Source: Spirochaetia bacterium
GTDB taxonomy: Bacteria; Spirochaetota; Spirochaetia; SZUA-6; Bin103
Length of the DNA: 64,000 nt
Reading direction: 5' to 3'
Assembly: GCA_965203515.1 (NCBI GenBank)
Contig: OZ241907.1
Location: 2,272,001 to 2,336,000, forward strand
The translations under genes were made by a program, and so were the position numbers. The notes beneath the pieces are model-generated. The model did not search any database, was not told the origin of the DNA, and saw nothing but the letters and a program-made list of their open reading frames with translations. How positions within the stretch are numbered: the first letter of the stretch is position 1; each line of letters opens with the position of its first letter. Positions 1 through 8,378 of the stretch are shown here, one piece after another.

Positions 1-36
1 GGAGTCCTCGATCACCAGGATACGGTCGCCGCTCAC
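1..36 (-). CDS. N-terminus of a probable response-regulator receiver protein (runs off the window)
   Basis: GTG at 36 overlaps the hflX stop (GTGA); reads MSGDRILVIEDS, matching the receiver-domain start [RK]ILVIED. Only 12 codons visible. Confidence 0.5.
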   Translation of the reverse strand, partial: MSGDRILVIEDS

Positions 37-1148
37 CGCCGGGCCGCCTGCGCCAGCGCGGCGCGCAGCTCGTCGAAGCCCTGCCGGCGCAGGGCGCTCA
101 GCGGAATGGGCCGCGCCGACTCGCCCGGCTCCATGACGTCGGGCAGCGGCGTCCCGTCCGACAGGCGGTCGACCTTGTTGAGCACGGTCACGGTGGGGCG
201 GCCGGCAGCGCCCAGATCGCGCAGCACGCGCAGTACCTCCGCCGCCTGCTGCCGCGCCATCGGGTGGCAGGCGTCGACCACGTGGATCAGCAAATCGGCC
301 TCCACCACCTCTTCGAGCGTCGCGCGAAAGGCGGCGACCAAGTTGGCGGGCAGCTTCTGCACGAACCCCACGGTGTCGGTCAGCAGCAGCGGCACGTCGT
401 CCGCGCGGATGCGACGCGTGGTCGGGTCGAGGGTAGCGAACAGGCGGTTCTCGGCCCGCACGTTGGCGCCGGTGAGCGCGTTCATCAGCGTGCTCTTGCC
501 GGCGTTGGCGTAGCCGACCAGGGCGGCCACCGGGATGCGGTTGCGCCGCCGACGTTCGCGGTGGCCGGAGCGGGCCGCGGCGATCGCCCGCAGTTCGCGG
601 CGCAGCCGGGCGATGCGGGTGCGCACGCGCCGCCGATCGACCTCCAACTGGGTCTCGCCCGGGCCGCGCACCCCCACGCCGGCGCTTCCGGCCGACCGGC
701 CGCCGGCCTGGCGCGCCAAGTGAGTCCACATCCGGGTCAGGCGCGGCAGGCGATATTCGAGCTGCGCCAACTCCACCTGGAGCTTGCCTTCATGGGAGCG
801 GGCGTGGGCGGCGAACACGTCCAGGATCAGCGCCGAGCGGTCGATCACCTTGATCTCCTCGCCGAAGATCTCTTCCAGGTTGCGCTGCTGGTTGGGCGCC
901 AACTCGTCATCGAACAGCACCACGTCGACGCGCAGGCCGGAGGCGAGCTCCGCGAGCTGCGCCGCCTTGCCGGAACCGACGTAGGTCGCGGGGTTCGGCC
1001 GCGGCAGCCGCTGTCGCTCCCGGCCGGCGACCGCCAAGCCGGCGGTGCGCGCCAACTGACCCAGCTCGGCCAGGGACGCATCCAACGGCCAGTCGCCGCC
1101 GCCTCGCGTCAGCTCGCAGCCGACCAGCAATACCCGCTCAGCGCCCAT
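33..1148 (-). CDS. hflX: Ribosome-splitting GTPase HflX
   Basis: EGKLQVELAQL, RGPGETQLEVDRR, GYANAGKS, LFATLDPTTR, DTVGF, NKVD motifs. Confidence 0.96.
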   Translation of the reverse strand: MGAERVLLVGCELTRGGGDWPLDASLAELGQLARTAGLAVAGRERQRLPRPNPATYVGSGKAAQLAELASGLRVDVVLFDDELAPNQQRNLEEIFGEEIKVIDRSALILDVFAAHARSHEGKLQVELAQLEYRLPRLTRMWTHLARQAGGRSAGSAGVGVRGPGETQLEVDRRRVRTRIARLRRELRAIAAARSGHRERRRRNRIPVAALVGYANAGKSTLMNALTGANVRAENRLFATLDPTTRRIRADDVPLLLTDTVGFVQKLPANLVAAFRATLEEVVEADLLIHVVDACHPMARQQAAEVLRVLRDLGAAGRPTVTVLNKVDRLSDGTPLPDVMEPGESARPIPLSALRRQGFDELRAALAQAARR

Positions 1149-2580
1149 CGGCAGCCTCCGGTACGCCCGCGGCCGGTCCGGCGTCCGTGAGCCGCGCCGC
1201 CGCCGGCCCGGCCAGCCGCACCAACGCGCCGGTCACGACCGAGCGATCGCCCTCCACCTCGTTCCGCAGCTTCCGCACCTCCCGCCAAGCGCCATCCAGC
1301 GCCAGATCGCCGGGAGCGCCGGGGTAGTCCTTGGCAAGGGCGGCGGCCAGCGCCGCTCCGTCCCGGAGCGGGCCTTCGCGGCCGGCCTTGCCAAGATCGG
1401 CGCCGACCCGACGGTAGGCGTCGCGGAACGGCATGCCCTGCGCGACCAGTTCATAGGCGCGGTCGGCGGCCATCAGTTCCTCCGTACAGCCGGCGCGCAG
1501 CCGGCCCCGGTCGACCTCCAGCCGCGGCACGGCCAACCGCATCACCGTGACGCTGCCCGCCGCCTCCTCCAACGCGGTCAGGAACGGCCCCTTGGTCTGC
1601 TGGAGGTCGCGGTGGTAGCCGCTCGGCAGGTGATGGGTGATCGATCGGATGATCGCCGCCTGACCGTCGACGAACGCCGCCTTGGCCCGCACCAACTCCA
1701 GCAGATCGGGGTTGCGCTTCTGCGGCATGATGCTGCTGCCGGTGGTGAGCTCCTCCGGCAGGCGGAAGTAGCCGAGTTCCGGCAGCGTATACAGCAGCAG
1801 GTCCTGCGCCAGCCGCGCGAGCGTGCCGCAGACGCGGCCGGCCGCCTCCGCCACCTGCGCCTCCAGCGCGCCGCGGCTGGTGTTCACGTACAGCACGTTG
1901 TTCTGGACGCCCGCAAAGCCGAGCGCCGCGGCCACCATGCCGCGATCGACCGGCAGCGGCGCCCCGTACCCGGCCGCCGCCCCCAGCGGGCTGCGGTCGT
2001 TGCGCCGGTACGCGCAGGCGACCAGATCGGCGTCATCGATCAGCGCCTCCGCGAACGCGGCGGCCCACAGCCCGACCGTCGACGGCATGGCCGGCTGCAT
2101 GTGGGTCCGGCCGGCCATCGGCGTGCGTGCGTGGGCGCCGGCGAAATCGAGGAGCGCCGCGGCCAGCTCGGCGACTTCCGAGCGGAAGTCGAGCAGCCAC
2201 TCGCGCGTGTACAGGCGCAACGCCGCGATCACCTGATCGTTCCGCGAGCGGCCGGCGTGGATCTTCTTGCCGGCCTCTCCGGCCCGCCGGGTCAGGAATC
2301 GTTCCAGCGCCGAGTGGCCGTCCTCCTCGTCATCGCCGATGCGGAACCGACCCGCGTCGATCTCCGTCAGCGCCTCTTGCAGCGCATCCCGCAGCGCGGC
2401 GAGCTCGCCGGCCGCAAGGACGCCGATCGCGCCGAGCATGTCCGCGTGCGCGAGGCTGGCGACCGCGTCCGCCTTGAGCAGCTTGCGGTCGTGGCGGCGG
2501 TCGTCGCCGACCGTAAAGCGTTCGACCACCGGGTCGAGGCGGCCGCCCTTATCCCACAGCCTGGCCCTTTCCCGGCTCAC
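1138..2580 (-). CDS. argH: Argininosuccinate lyase
   Basis: HAGRSRNDQ, GRTHMQPA, TGSSIMPQKRNPD, LPSGYHRDLQ; GTG start at 2580 overlaps the cimA stop. Confidence 0.94.
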   Translation of the reverse strand: MSRERARLWDKGGRLDPVVERFTVGDDRRHDRKLLKADAVASLAHADMLGAIGVLAAGELAALRDALQEALTEIDAGRFRIGDDEEDGHSALERFLTRRAGEAGKKIHAGRSRNDQVIAALRLYTREWLLDFRSEVAELAAALLDFAGAHARTPMAGRTHMQPAMPSTVGLWAAAFAEALIDDADLVACAYRRNDRSPLGAAAGYGAPLPVDRGMVAAALGFAGVQNNVLYVNTSRGALEAQVAEAAGRVCGTLARLAQDLLLYTLPELGYFRLPEELTTGSSIMPQKRNPDLLELVRAKAAFVDGQAAIIRSITHHLPSGYHRDLQQTKGPFLTALEEAAGSVTVMRLAVPRLEVDRGRLRAGCTEELMAADRAYELVAQGMPFRDAYRRVGADLGKAGREGPLRDGAALAAALAKDYPGAPGDLALDGAWREVRKLRNEVEGDRSVVTGALVRLAGPAAARLTDAGPAAGVPEAADGR

Positions 2581-4124
2581 GGCGCGCCGGTCCCGCCGTC
2601 GCGCGCGATCCACAGGTTGAGCATCTTCTCGGTCGCCTCCGCCGCGGCGAGCACCTGGTCGGAGTTGACCCCCTTGGTCATCAGCGAATCGCCGTCGCCG
2701 CGCCACGTGATCGTGCACTGCACGATCGCGTCCGAATGGCCGCCGGGCGGGATCGATACGACGTAATCGACCAGCTCCGGCAGCGTCAGGCCGATCTTGC
2801 CGGCGATCAGGCCGACGGCATTCATGAACGCGTCGTACCCGCCGTCCCCCTGGGCCGAATCCTCGTGCATCACGGTCTCCTGCGCGCCGGGGGCGGTGAA
2901 GCGGAGCTTGACCGCGGCCGTGGAGCGGATGCCGATGGCGGAGACCACCACGGCCGACTCCAACACGAAGTGGCGTTCGTGGGGCCGCGCCAGCACGTCG
3001 TCGACGATGTAGGGCAGGTCCTGCTGGGAGATCGTCGCCTTGCGGTCGGCCAGTTCCTTGATCCGTTCCAGCACCGCGCTGCGCTGCTCGCCGCTCAACT
3101 CGATGCCGAGCGCGTCGAGGTGATGCTCCAGGGTCGCCTTGCCGGCCAGCTTGCCGAGCGCGTAGGAGCGCTCCCGGCCGAACCGTTCAGGGCGCAGCCG
3201 GCCCAGGTAGAGATCGCCCTTGCGATCGCCGTCGGCGTGGATGCCGGCGGTCTGGGTAAAGGCGTTGGCGCCGGAGATCGCCTTGTTGGGCGGCACGCGG
3301 CGGCCGGAGACCACGTCGACCCGTTCGCTCACCTGCACCAGCCGGTGTTCGCGAACGCGGGTGGTCTTGCCCAGGAAGTCGTGGACGCCGACCACCACCT
3401 CGTCCAACGGGGCGTTGCCGGCGCGCTCTCCCATGCCGTTCACGGTGCAGTGCACGCCGGTGATCCCGGCGGCGACCGCCGCCAGCGTGTTGGCGGTAGC
3501 CAAGCCGTAGTCGTTGTGCGCGTGGAAGTCGAAGCGTCGATCGGGATACCGGCCCAGGATGGTCGCCACCATCTCGGTCACCATCGGCGGCGACAGCACG
3601 CCCAGGGTGTCGGGCAGCATGATGCGCACGACCGGCGTATCGGCCAGGCCGTCGAGGAGTCGCAGCACGTAGTCGCGGGAGTCGATCATGCCGTTGGACC
3701 AGTCCTCCAGGTAGAGGTTACAGGCCACTCCCTGCCGCTGCGCCGTGCGGACGGTGTCGTCGATGTCCTGCAGGTGCTGCTCCGGCGTCTTGCGCAGTTG
3801 CCTGGTCAAGTGCTTGAGCGACCCCTTGGCCAGCACGTTCATCACCCTCCCGCCCCGATCGGCGATCCAGCGAGCGGAGGCGTCGCCGTCGGTGTAGCCG
3901 AGGATCTCCACGCGATCGGCGACCCCGCGCGCCGCGGCCCACCGCAGCACCGTCTCCGCCCCGGCCCGCTCGCCGGCGCTCACCTGCGCGCTGGCGATCT
4001 CGATGCGGTCCACGCCGACCTCTTCCAGCACGAATTGAGCGATGGAAAGCTTCTCGTCCGGCGTATAGCTGACGTCGCGCATCTGCTCCCCGTCGCGCAG
4101 CGTGGTGTCCATCACCTCGATCAT
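2577..4124 (-). CDS. cimA: (R)-citramalate synthase, Leptospira/Bacteroidetes type (DRE-TIM family with C-terminal regulatory domain)
   Basis: DTTLRDGEQ, IEIASAQVS, YLEDWSNGM, HAHND, GERAGN, IPPGGHSDA; AAAGGAG RBS upstream. Confidence 0.85.
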   Translation of the reverse strand: MIEVMDTTLRDGEQMRDVSYTPDEKLSIAQFVLEEVGVDRIEIASAQVSAGERAGAETVLRWAAARGVADRVEILGYTDGDASARWIADRGGRVMNVLAKGSLKHLTRQLRKTPEQHLQDIDDTVRTAQRQGVACNLYLEDWSNGMIDSRDYVLRLLDGLADTPVVRIMLPDTLGVLSPPMVTEMVATILGRYPDRRFDFHAHNDYGLATANTLAAVAAGITGVHCTVNGMGERAGNAPLDEVVVGVHDFLGKTTRVREHRLVQVSERVDVVSGRRVPPNKAISGANAFTQTAGIHADGDRKGDLYLGRLRPERFGRERSYALGKLAGKATLEHHLDALGIELSGEQRSAVLERIKELADRKATISQQDLPYIVDDVLARPHERHFVLESAVVVSAIGIRSTAAVKLRFTAPGAQETVMHEDSAQGDGGYDAFMNAVGLIAGKIGLTLPELVDYVVSIPPGGHSDAIVQCTITWRGDGDSLMTKGVNSDQVLAAAEATEKMLNLWIARDGGTGAP

Positions 4125-4173
4125 TTCGCTTCGTGTCTCCTTTGACGCTCCGGGAGGATGGCATCCCTCGATT

Positions 4174-4211
4174 AACGAGAAAGGCCGTGAGCCTCCGGGA
4201 GCCCACGGCCT
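4174..4211 (-). terminator. Attenuator terminator in the cimA leader
   Basis: Minus strand AGGCCGTGGGC-TCCCGGAG-GCTCACGGCCT (11-bp stem, one G-U) followed by TTCTCGTT, 50 nt upstream of cimA. Confidence 0.7.
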
Positions 4212-4235
4212 GCCTCGATCACCGGTCGTGATCGG

Positions 4236-4295
4236 CTAGCGCGCGTGGGACCCCTGCAGGCCCTCGATAATCTCGAACGGAGCGCACCCGGCCAT
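4236..4295 (-). CDS. Putative leader peptide MAGCAPFEIIEGLQGSHAR (19 aa)
   Basis: ATG...TAG with tandem Ile codons (ATT ATC), located between a sigma70-like promoter and the terminator hairpin. Confidence 0.6.
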   Translation of the reverse strand: MAGCAPFEIIEGLQGSHAR

Positions 4296-4302
4296 CGCCT
4301 TC

Positions 4303-4331
4303 ACGGTACCGAAGCGAACCACCGCCGTCAA
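4303..4331 (-). promoter_or_regulatory. Sigma70-type promoter for the cimA leader
   Basis: Minus strand TTGACG-17 nt-TACCGT; leader ATG begins 7 nt after the -10 box. Confidence 0.6.
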
Positions 4332-4475
4332 GCGACCGCAGCCGGTCGATCTCCGGCCAGCGCCGCTGCCGCAAGGAATATGTACAAGCAGAGGCTGAGC
4401 GCCGCGCAAAGGTAACACGGGACGGCGCACTCCGTACGTTGAAGCGCCAGCGCCGGCAGCGCGCTTATCCAAGCG

Positions 4476-5447
4476 ATGCCGGTGAACCGACCGCACGACA
4501 AGTTGTTCCGCGCCGTGTTCGGCCACGCCCCCGAGGCGGCCGCCCTGTTGCGCGCCCATCTGCCGGAGACGCTCGCCCGCGATCTGCACTGGTCCAGCCT
4601 CACCCGGCAGGACGCCACCTTCGTCGACGACGAGTTGCGCGACAGCGAGTCCGATCTGCTCTTCTCGGTGGAGCGCACCGCCGGCGACCAACCGCCCGTC
4701 TGGCTCTACGTGTTGCTGGAGCATCAGTCGAAGCCGTCCCGCTGGATGCCGTTCCGGCTGCTCAAGTACTGCTGCCGCATATGGGACCGAAGCCGCCGGA
4801 CGTTCCCGAAGGAACGGTATCTGCGCCCGATCATACCGGTCGTCTTCTACCAGGGACGGCGCCGCTGGCGGCACGCCGCGCAGTTCGCGGAACTGTTCGC
4901 CCCGCCGGCGCGAACGTGGCCGTGGGTGCCGCGATTCCTGCACCTGCTGATCGACCAGTCGCCGGCAAGTCCGCCGGAGGTGCGCGGCGCGTTGCGAGGC
5001 CGCATCGCGCAGCTTATGATGATGGCAGCGTATCGGCGCCGGCGGGAAGCGTTGCAGCGCGCCGCTCACCTGCTGTCGGACGTGATGCGGCGCGGGGACC
5101 GCGACGCGGTCCGCGCGATCGTCATGTACCTGTGGGCGACGCAGGATCGCGCCACGGCCCGACGATTCGGCGAGAAGTTGCGCGACGCGGTACCGGAGCC
5201 AGGAGGTGATCTGATGACCTATGCCGAGGAGTTGATCCTGGAAGGCGAACGCAAGGGCGAACAACGTGGACGACGCGAAGGCGAACAACGCGGACGCATC
5301 GAAGGGCAGGTACGCACCATCGAGCGCTTGGTGCAAGCCGGCGTGCAGTGGCCGCTCATCGAATCCGCGACCGGCATCGACCGGGAGGCGCTGAGCGCTC
5401 TCAAACGCCGGCTCGAAGGACCTGACACCAACGCCGATCCGACTTGA
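4476..5447 (+). CDS. Rpn/YhgA-like recombination-promoting nuclease (PD-(D/E)xK, 'putative transposase' family), copy A
   Basis: HDKLFRAVF, TFVDDELR-ESDLLFSV, LLEHQS, PIIPVVFYQG motifs; C-terminal MTYAEEL followed by GxxE/R repeats. Confidence 0.9.
   Translation: MPVNRPHDKLFRAVFGHAPEAAALLRAHLPETLARDLHWSSLTRQDATFVDDELRDSESDLLFSVERTAGDQPPVWLYVLLEHQSKPSRWMPFRLLKYCCRIWDRSRRTFPKERYLRPIIPVVFYQGRRRWRHAAQFAELFAPPARTWPWVPRFLHLLIDQSPASPPEVRGALRGRIAQLMMMAAYRRRREALQRAAHLLSDVMRRGDRDAVRAIVMYLWATQDRATARRFGEKLRDAVPEPGGDLMTYAEELILEGERKGEQRGRREGEQRGRIEGQVRTIERLVQAGVQWPLIESATGIDREALSALKRRLEGPDTNADPT
5201..5216 (+). promoter_or_regulatory. Intragenic RBS and in-frame ATG (5214) for a 77-aa C-terminal protein
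   Basis: AGGAGGTGATC-TG-ATG; 11-nt perfect complement of this genome's 16S 3' end (31982-31992). Confidence 0.75.
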
Positions 5448-5578
5448 CGATCGGCGCGCAATCGACACGACGGGAGAGTAAGCCCAAGCGCCCGATTCTC
5501 ATCTTGATTGTCGCCGGACAAGTGACCGGCCACCCCGTACGTTGAAGCGCCAGCGCCGGCAGCGCGCTTATCCTAGCG

Positions 5579-6538
5579 ATGCCGGTGAACCGACCGCACG
5601 ACAAGCTGTTCCGCGCCGTGTTCGGCCACGCCCCAGAGGCGGCCGCCCTGCTGCGCGCCCATCTGCCGGAGACGCTCGCCCGCGATCTGCAGTGGTCCAG
5701 CCTCACCCGGCAGGACGCCACCTTCGTCGACGACGAGTTGCGCGGCAGCGAGTCCGATCTGCTCTTCTCGGTGGAGCGGACCGCCGGCGACCAACCGCCC
5801 GTCTGGCTCTACGTGCTGCTGGAGCATCAGTCCAAGCCGTCTCGCTGGATGCCGTTCCGGCTGCTCAAGTACTGCTGCCGCATATGGGACCGAAGCCGCC
5901 GGACGTTTCCGCAGGAACGGTATCTGCGCCCGATCATACCGGTCGTCTTCTACCAGGGTCGGCGCCGCTGGCGGCACGCCGCCCAGTTCGCCGAACTGTT
6001 CGCCCCGCCGGTGCGCATGTGGCCGTGGGTGCCGCGATTCCTGCACCTGCTGATCGACCAGTCGCCGACAAGGCCGCCGGAGGTGCGCGGCGAGTTGCGA
6101 GGCCGCATCGCGCAGCTTATGATGATGGCAGCGTATCGGCGACGGCGGGAAGCGTTGCAGCGCGCCGCGCACCTGCTGACGGACGTGATGCTGAGCGGAG
6201 ACCGCGACGCGGTCCGCCCGATCGTCAGGTACCTGTGGGCGACGCAGGGTCGCGCCGCGGCCCGACGATTCGGCGAGGAGTTGCGCGACGCGGTACCGGA
6301 GCCAGGAGGTGATCTGATGACCTATGCCGAGGAGTTGATCCTGGAAGGCGAACAACGCGGACGACGAGAGGGCGAACAACGCGGACGCATCGAAGGGCAG
6401 GTACGCACCATCGAGCGTATGGTGCAAGCCGGCGTGCAGTGGCCGCTCATCGAATCCGCGACCGGCATCGACCGGGAGGCGTTGAGCGCTCTCAAACGCC
6501 GGCTCGAAGGACCTGACACCAACGCCGATCCGACTTGA
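5579..6538 (+). CDS. Rpn/YhgA-like nuclease, copy B
   Basis: Near-identical to copy A; 4 aa shorter in the C-terminal repeat tract. Confidence 0.9.
   Translation: MPVNRPHDKLFRAVFGHAPEAAALLRAHLPETLARDLQWSSLTRQDATFVDDELRGSESDLLFSVERTAGDQPPVWLYVLLEHQSKPSRWMPFRLLKYCCRIWDRSRRTFPQERYLRPIIPVVFYQGRRRWRHAAQFAELFAPPVRMWPWVPRFLHLLIDQSPTRPPEVRGELRGRIAQLMMMAAYRRRREALQRAAHLLTDVMLSGDRDAVRPIVRYLWATQGRAAARRFGEELRDAVPEPGGDLMTYAEELILEGEQRGRREGEQRGRIEGQVRTIERMVQAGVQWPLIESATGIDREALSALKRRLEGPDTNADPT
6304..6319 (+). promoter_or_regulatory. Intragenic RBS and in-frame ATG (6317) for a 73-aa C-terminal protein
   Basis: Same AGGAGGTGATCTGATG as in copy A. Confidence 0.75.
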
Positions 6539-6566
6539 CGATCGGCGCGCAATCGACACGACGGGA

Positions 6567-6743
6567 GAGGCCGCATCGCGCAGCTTATGATGATGGCAGC
6601 GTATCGGCGTCGGCCGGGAAGCGTTGCAGCGCGCCGCGCACCTGCTGTCGGACGTGATGCTGAGCGGCGACCGCGACGCGGTCCGCGCGATCGTCATGTA
6701 CCTGTGGGCGACGCAGGACCGCGCCACGGCCCGACGATTCGGC
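6567..6743 (+). pseudogene. Internal fragment of a third rpn copy
   Basis: Matches 6099-6274 of copy B and the equivalent part of A; has a 1-nt insertion (cggccgggaa vs cggcgggaa); truncated at both ends. Confidence 0.85.
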
Positions 6744-6752
6744 AGGTCTAGT

Positions 6753-8378
6753 CTAGTCGGGAAATTCCTGCAGCGCCTTATCAAGTCTCCGATCGCCGTC
6801 ACGTAGTTCCTCTAGACGTCGCTTGAGCCTCCCTTTATCGTCCTCGAATATCTTGATGCGCTCATGGAGCCACTGTCGAAAGCCCTTACAGACGTCTTTG
6901 AAGCCAGCTGCTGCCTGACTCTCGATCTTCCTTGCCTCCTGGCGAAGTCCAGCCATCAGCTCCGAGCGCCGTTGCGCTCTCTCCTTGGCACGTTGTTGCG
7001 TCCCGATATCATCTAACACGTCCAACATAACGCCGCTAAGCTGCTCGACGATCGGACCAGCTGTGTTCACCACTTTGGGCCAATTGACCAGCTGGCTCGC
7101 CTTAACCGCATCTCCGACCGCCTTTCGGAGCTCGGAAAAGTGTTTGATGACGGTTTTCGCAGTTGAAAAACTTGCATCTTTCGTGCCTTCTTCTCCTCTA
7201 AGTCGCTGGAAATAATCCTGAACCTTTCGGAACTCCGCAAAGCTCGGGCGAGTCATCCGCTCCTTTAACTCTACCTCTGCTTCCATCGCCAATCGACGAT
7301 AGTCGGCGAGGCAACTGTCCGACCATTCGTCCACAACACGACTCAATGAATCCTCGATAGTCGAACCGCCATTGGCGACCGACTCCGCACCAAGGCGACT
7401 GATATGAAGCAGTGCTTCTTCGACGCCACGATGTAGCTCCGCCTCGGCTTGCCGCTTCAGAGCGTTCAACCGCTGCTCGATCAGCCGATTGAATTCAATC
7501 TCGTTGACACAAGCTTCGAGCGCATCTTCAGCCTTGGCGATCAGGTCTCTCAGCCTCTCCCGAGCTTGGCTCGCCAGTCTGGAGACGAAGCGCGCTCCTG
7601 CCGCTGCTCGGAGTATGTCCCGTTCCTTAAGCATGCTGCGTAAGGATAACGTCAACGCTTCGACGCCGTCCCAGTCTCGACCGTGATCGTACAACTCGCT
7701 CTCAGGGGACGGATCATTCCCAACCTCCTGGTACGGGTCCGCAGACACGCACCGGACAGCGCGTAGATCCGCTTCAACTCTACCGGCGTGAAGCAGCGCC
7801 TGTAGTTCAGTAGCCTTCTTCGCCGCCAAGTCGTGAAATCCGTCGGGATTGTCCGCGGGGTCGATGCCGGCCTCGTCCATTCGGGCAACTACGGCGATCG
7901 TCGCATCGGCAACAATGGAAGCTGGAAGATTACCGCCGAAATGGCGTCCGCTGGCGAAATCGAGAAACGTCTGTTTGTCGGCTGTTACCAATTGCGGGGG
8001 CAGGACCCACAGGTACGCGTCGGCGAGCTGCATCGCGTCGAGGCTGATACGTTCGTGTTCGTCGTTCCCTCCGCTCAAGCCCGGAGTGTCGACAAACATG
8101 ACACCCTCGACTGTCTGTACCGATTGGACCTCGAACGTCTCTCGGCGGCCGCTGATGGTCAGCCATTCGGGTACTTCCGTCCCCGCGTCGACGAGCAATC
8201 GTTTCAGCAGGGTGCTCTTTCCCGCATCGTATGCGCCGAAGATTACCGTTCTCAGATCTTCGCTGGATCGAAGATCGTCCCATCGGCACCTCTGTTTTGC
8301 TACGTCTTCCAGAGACGAAGGCAACCTGGACAGTACGCACCACATGTTATCCGTCCACTTGCCAAGTTCATTGTCCAT
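6753..8378 (-). CDS. Dynamin-like GTPase with C-terminal coiled coils (LeoA-related)
   Basis: G1 GAYDAGKS, G3 DTPG, G4-like ARMD; GAGGAGG RBS 7 nt before ATG 8378, which overlaps the upstream stop (TGATG); lower GC than flanks. Confidence 0.8.
   Translation of the reverse strand: MDNELGKWTDNMWCVLSRLPSSLEDVAKQRCRWDDLRSSEDLRTVIFGAYDAGKSTLLKRLLVDAGTEVPEWLTISGRRETFEVQSVQTVEGVMFVDTPGLSGGNDEHERISLDAMQLADAYLWVLPPQLVTADKQTFLDFASGRHFGGNLPASIVADATIAVVARMDEAGIDPADNPDGFHDLAAKKATELQALLHAGRVEADLRAVRCVSADPYQEVGNDPSPESELYDHGRDWDGVEALTLSLRSMLKERDILRAAAGARFVSRLASQARERLRDLIAKAEDALEACVNEIEFNRLIEQRLNALKRQAEAELHRGVEEALLHISRLGAESVANGGSTIEDSLSRVVDEWSDSCLADYRRLAMEAEVELKERMTRPSFAEFRKVQDYFQRLRGEEGTKDASFSTAKTVIKHFSELRKAVGDAVKASQLVNWPKVVNTAGPIVEQLSGVMLDVLDDIGTQQRAKERAQRRSELMAGLRQEARKIESQAAAGFKDVCKGFRQWLHERIKIFEDDKGRLKRRLEELRDGDRRLDKALQEFPD

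Larger units (their letters stand above)
4428..6743 (+). repeat. Tandem array of rpn units: A 4428-5478, B 5531-6569, partial C 6567-6743
   Basis: Units A and B share upstream, coding and downstream sequence (offset 1103 bp) with a 52-bp unique spacer; C repeats an internal 177-bp piece. Confidence 0.92.

Noticed and set aside
4428..6569. rpn units as insertion sequences
   Set aside because: No terminal inverted repeats or target duplications seen; the family's transposase label is historical.
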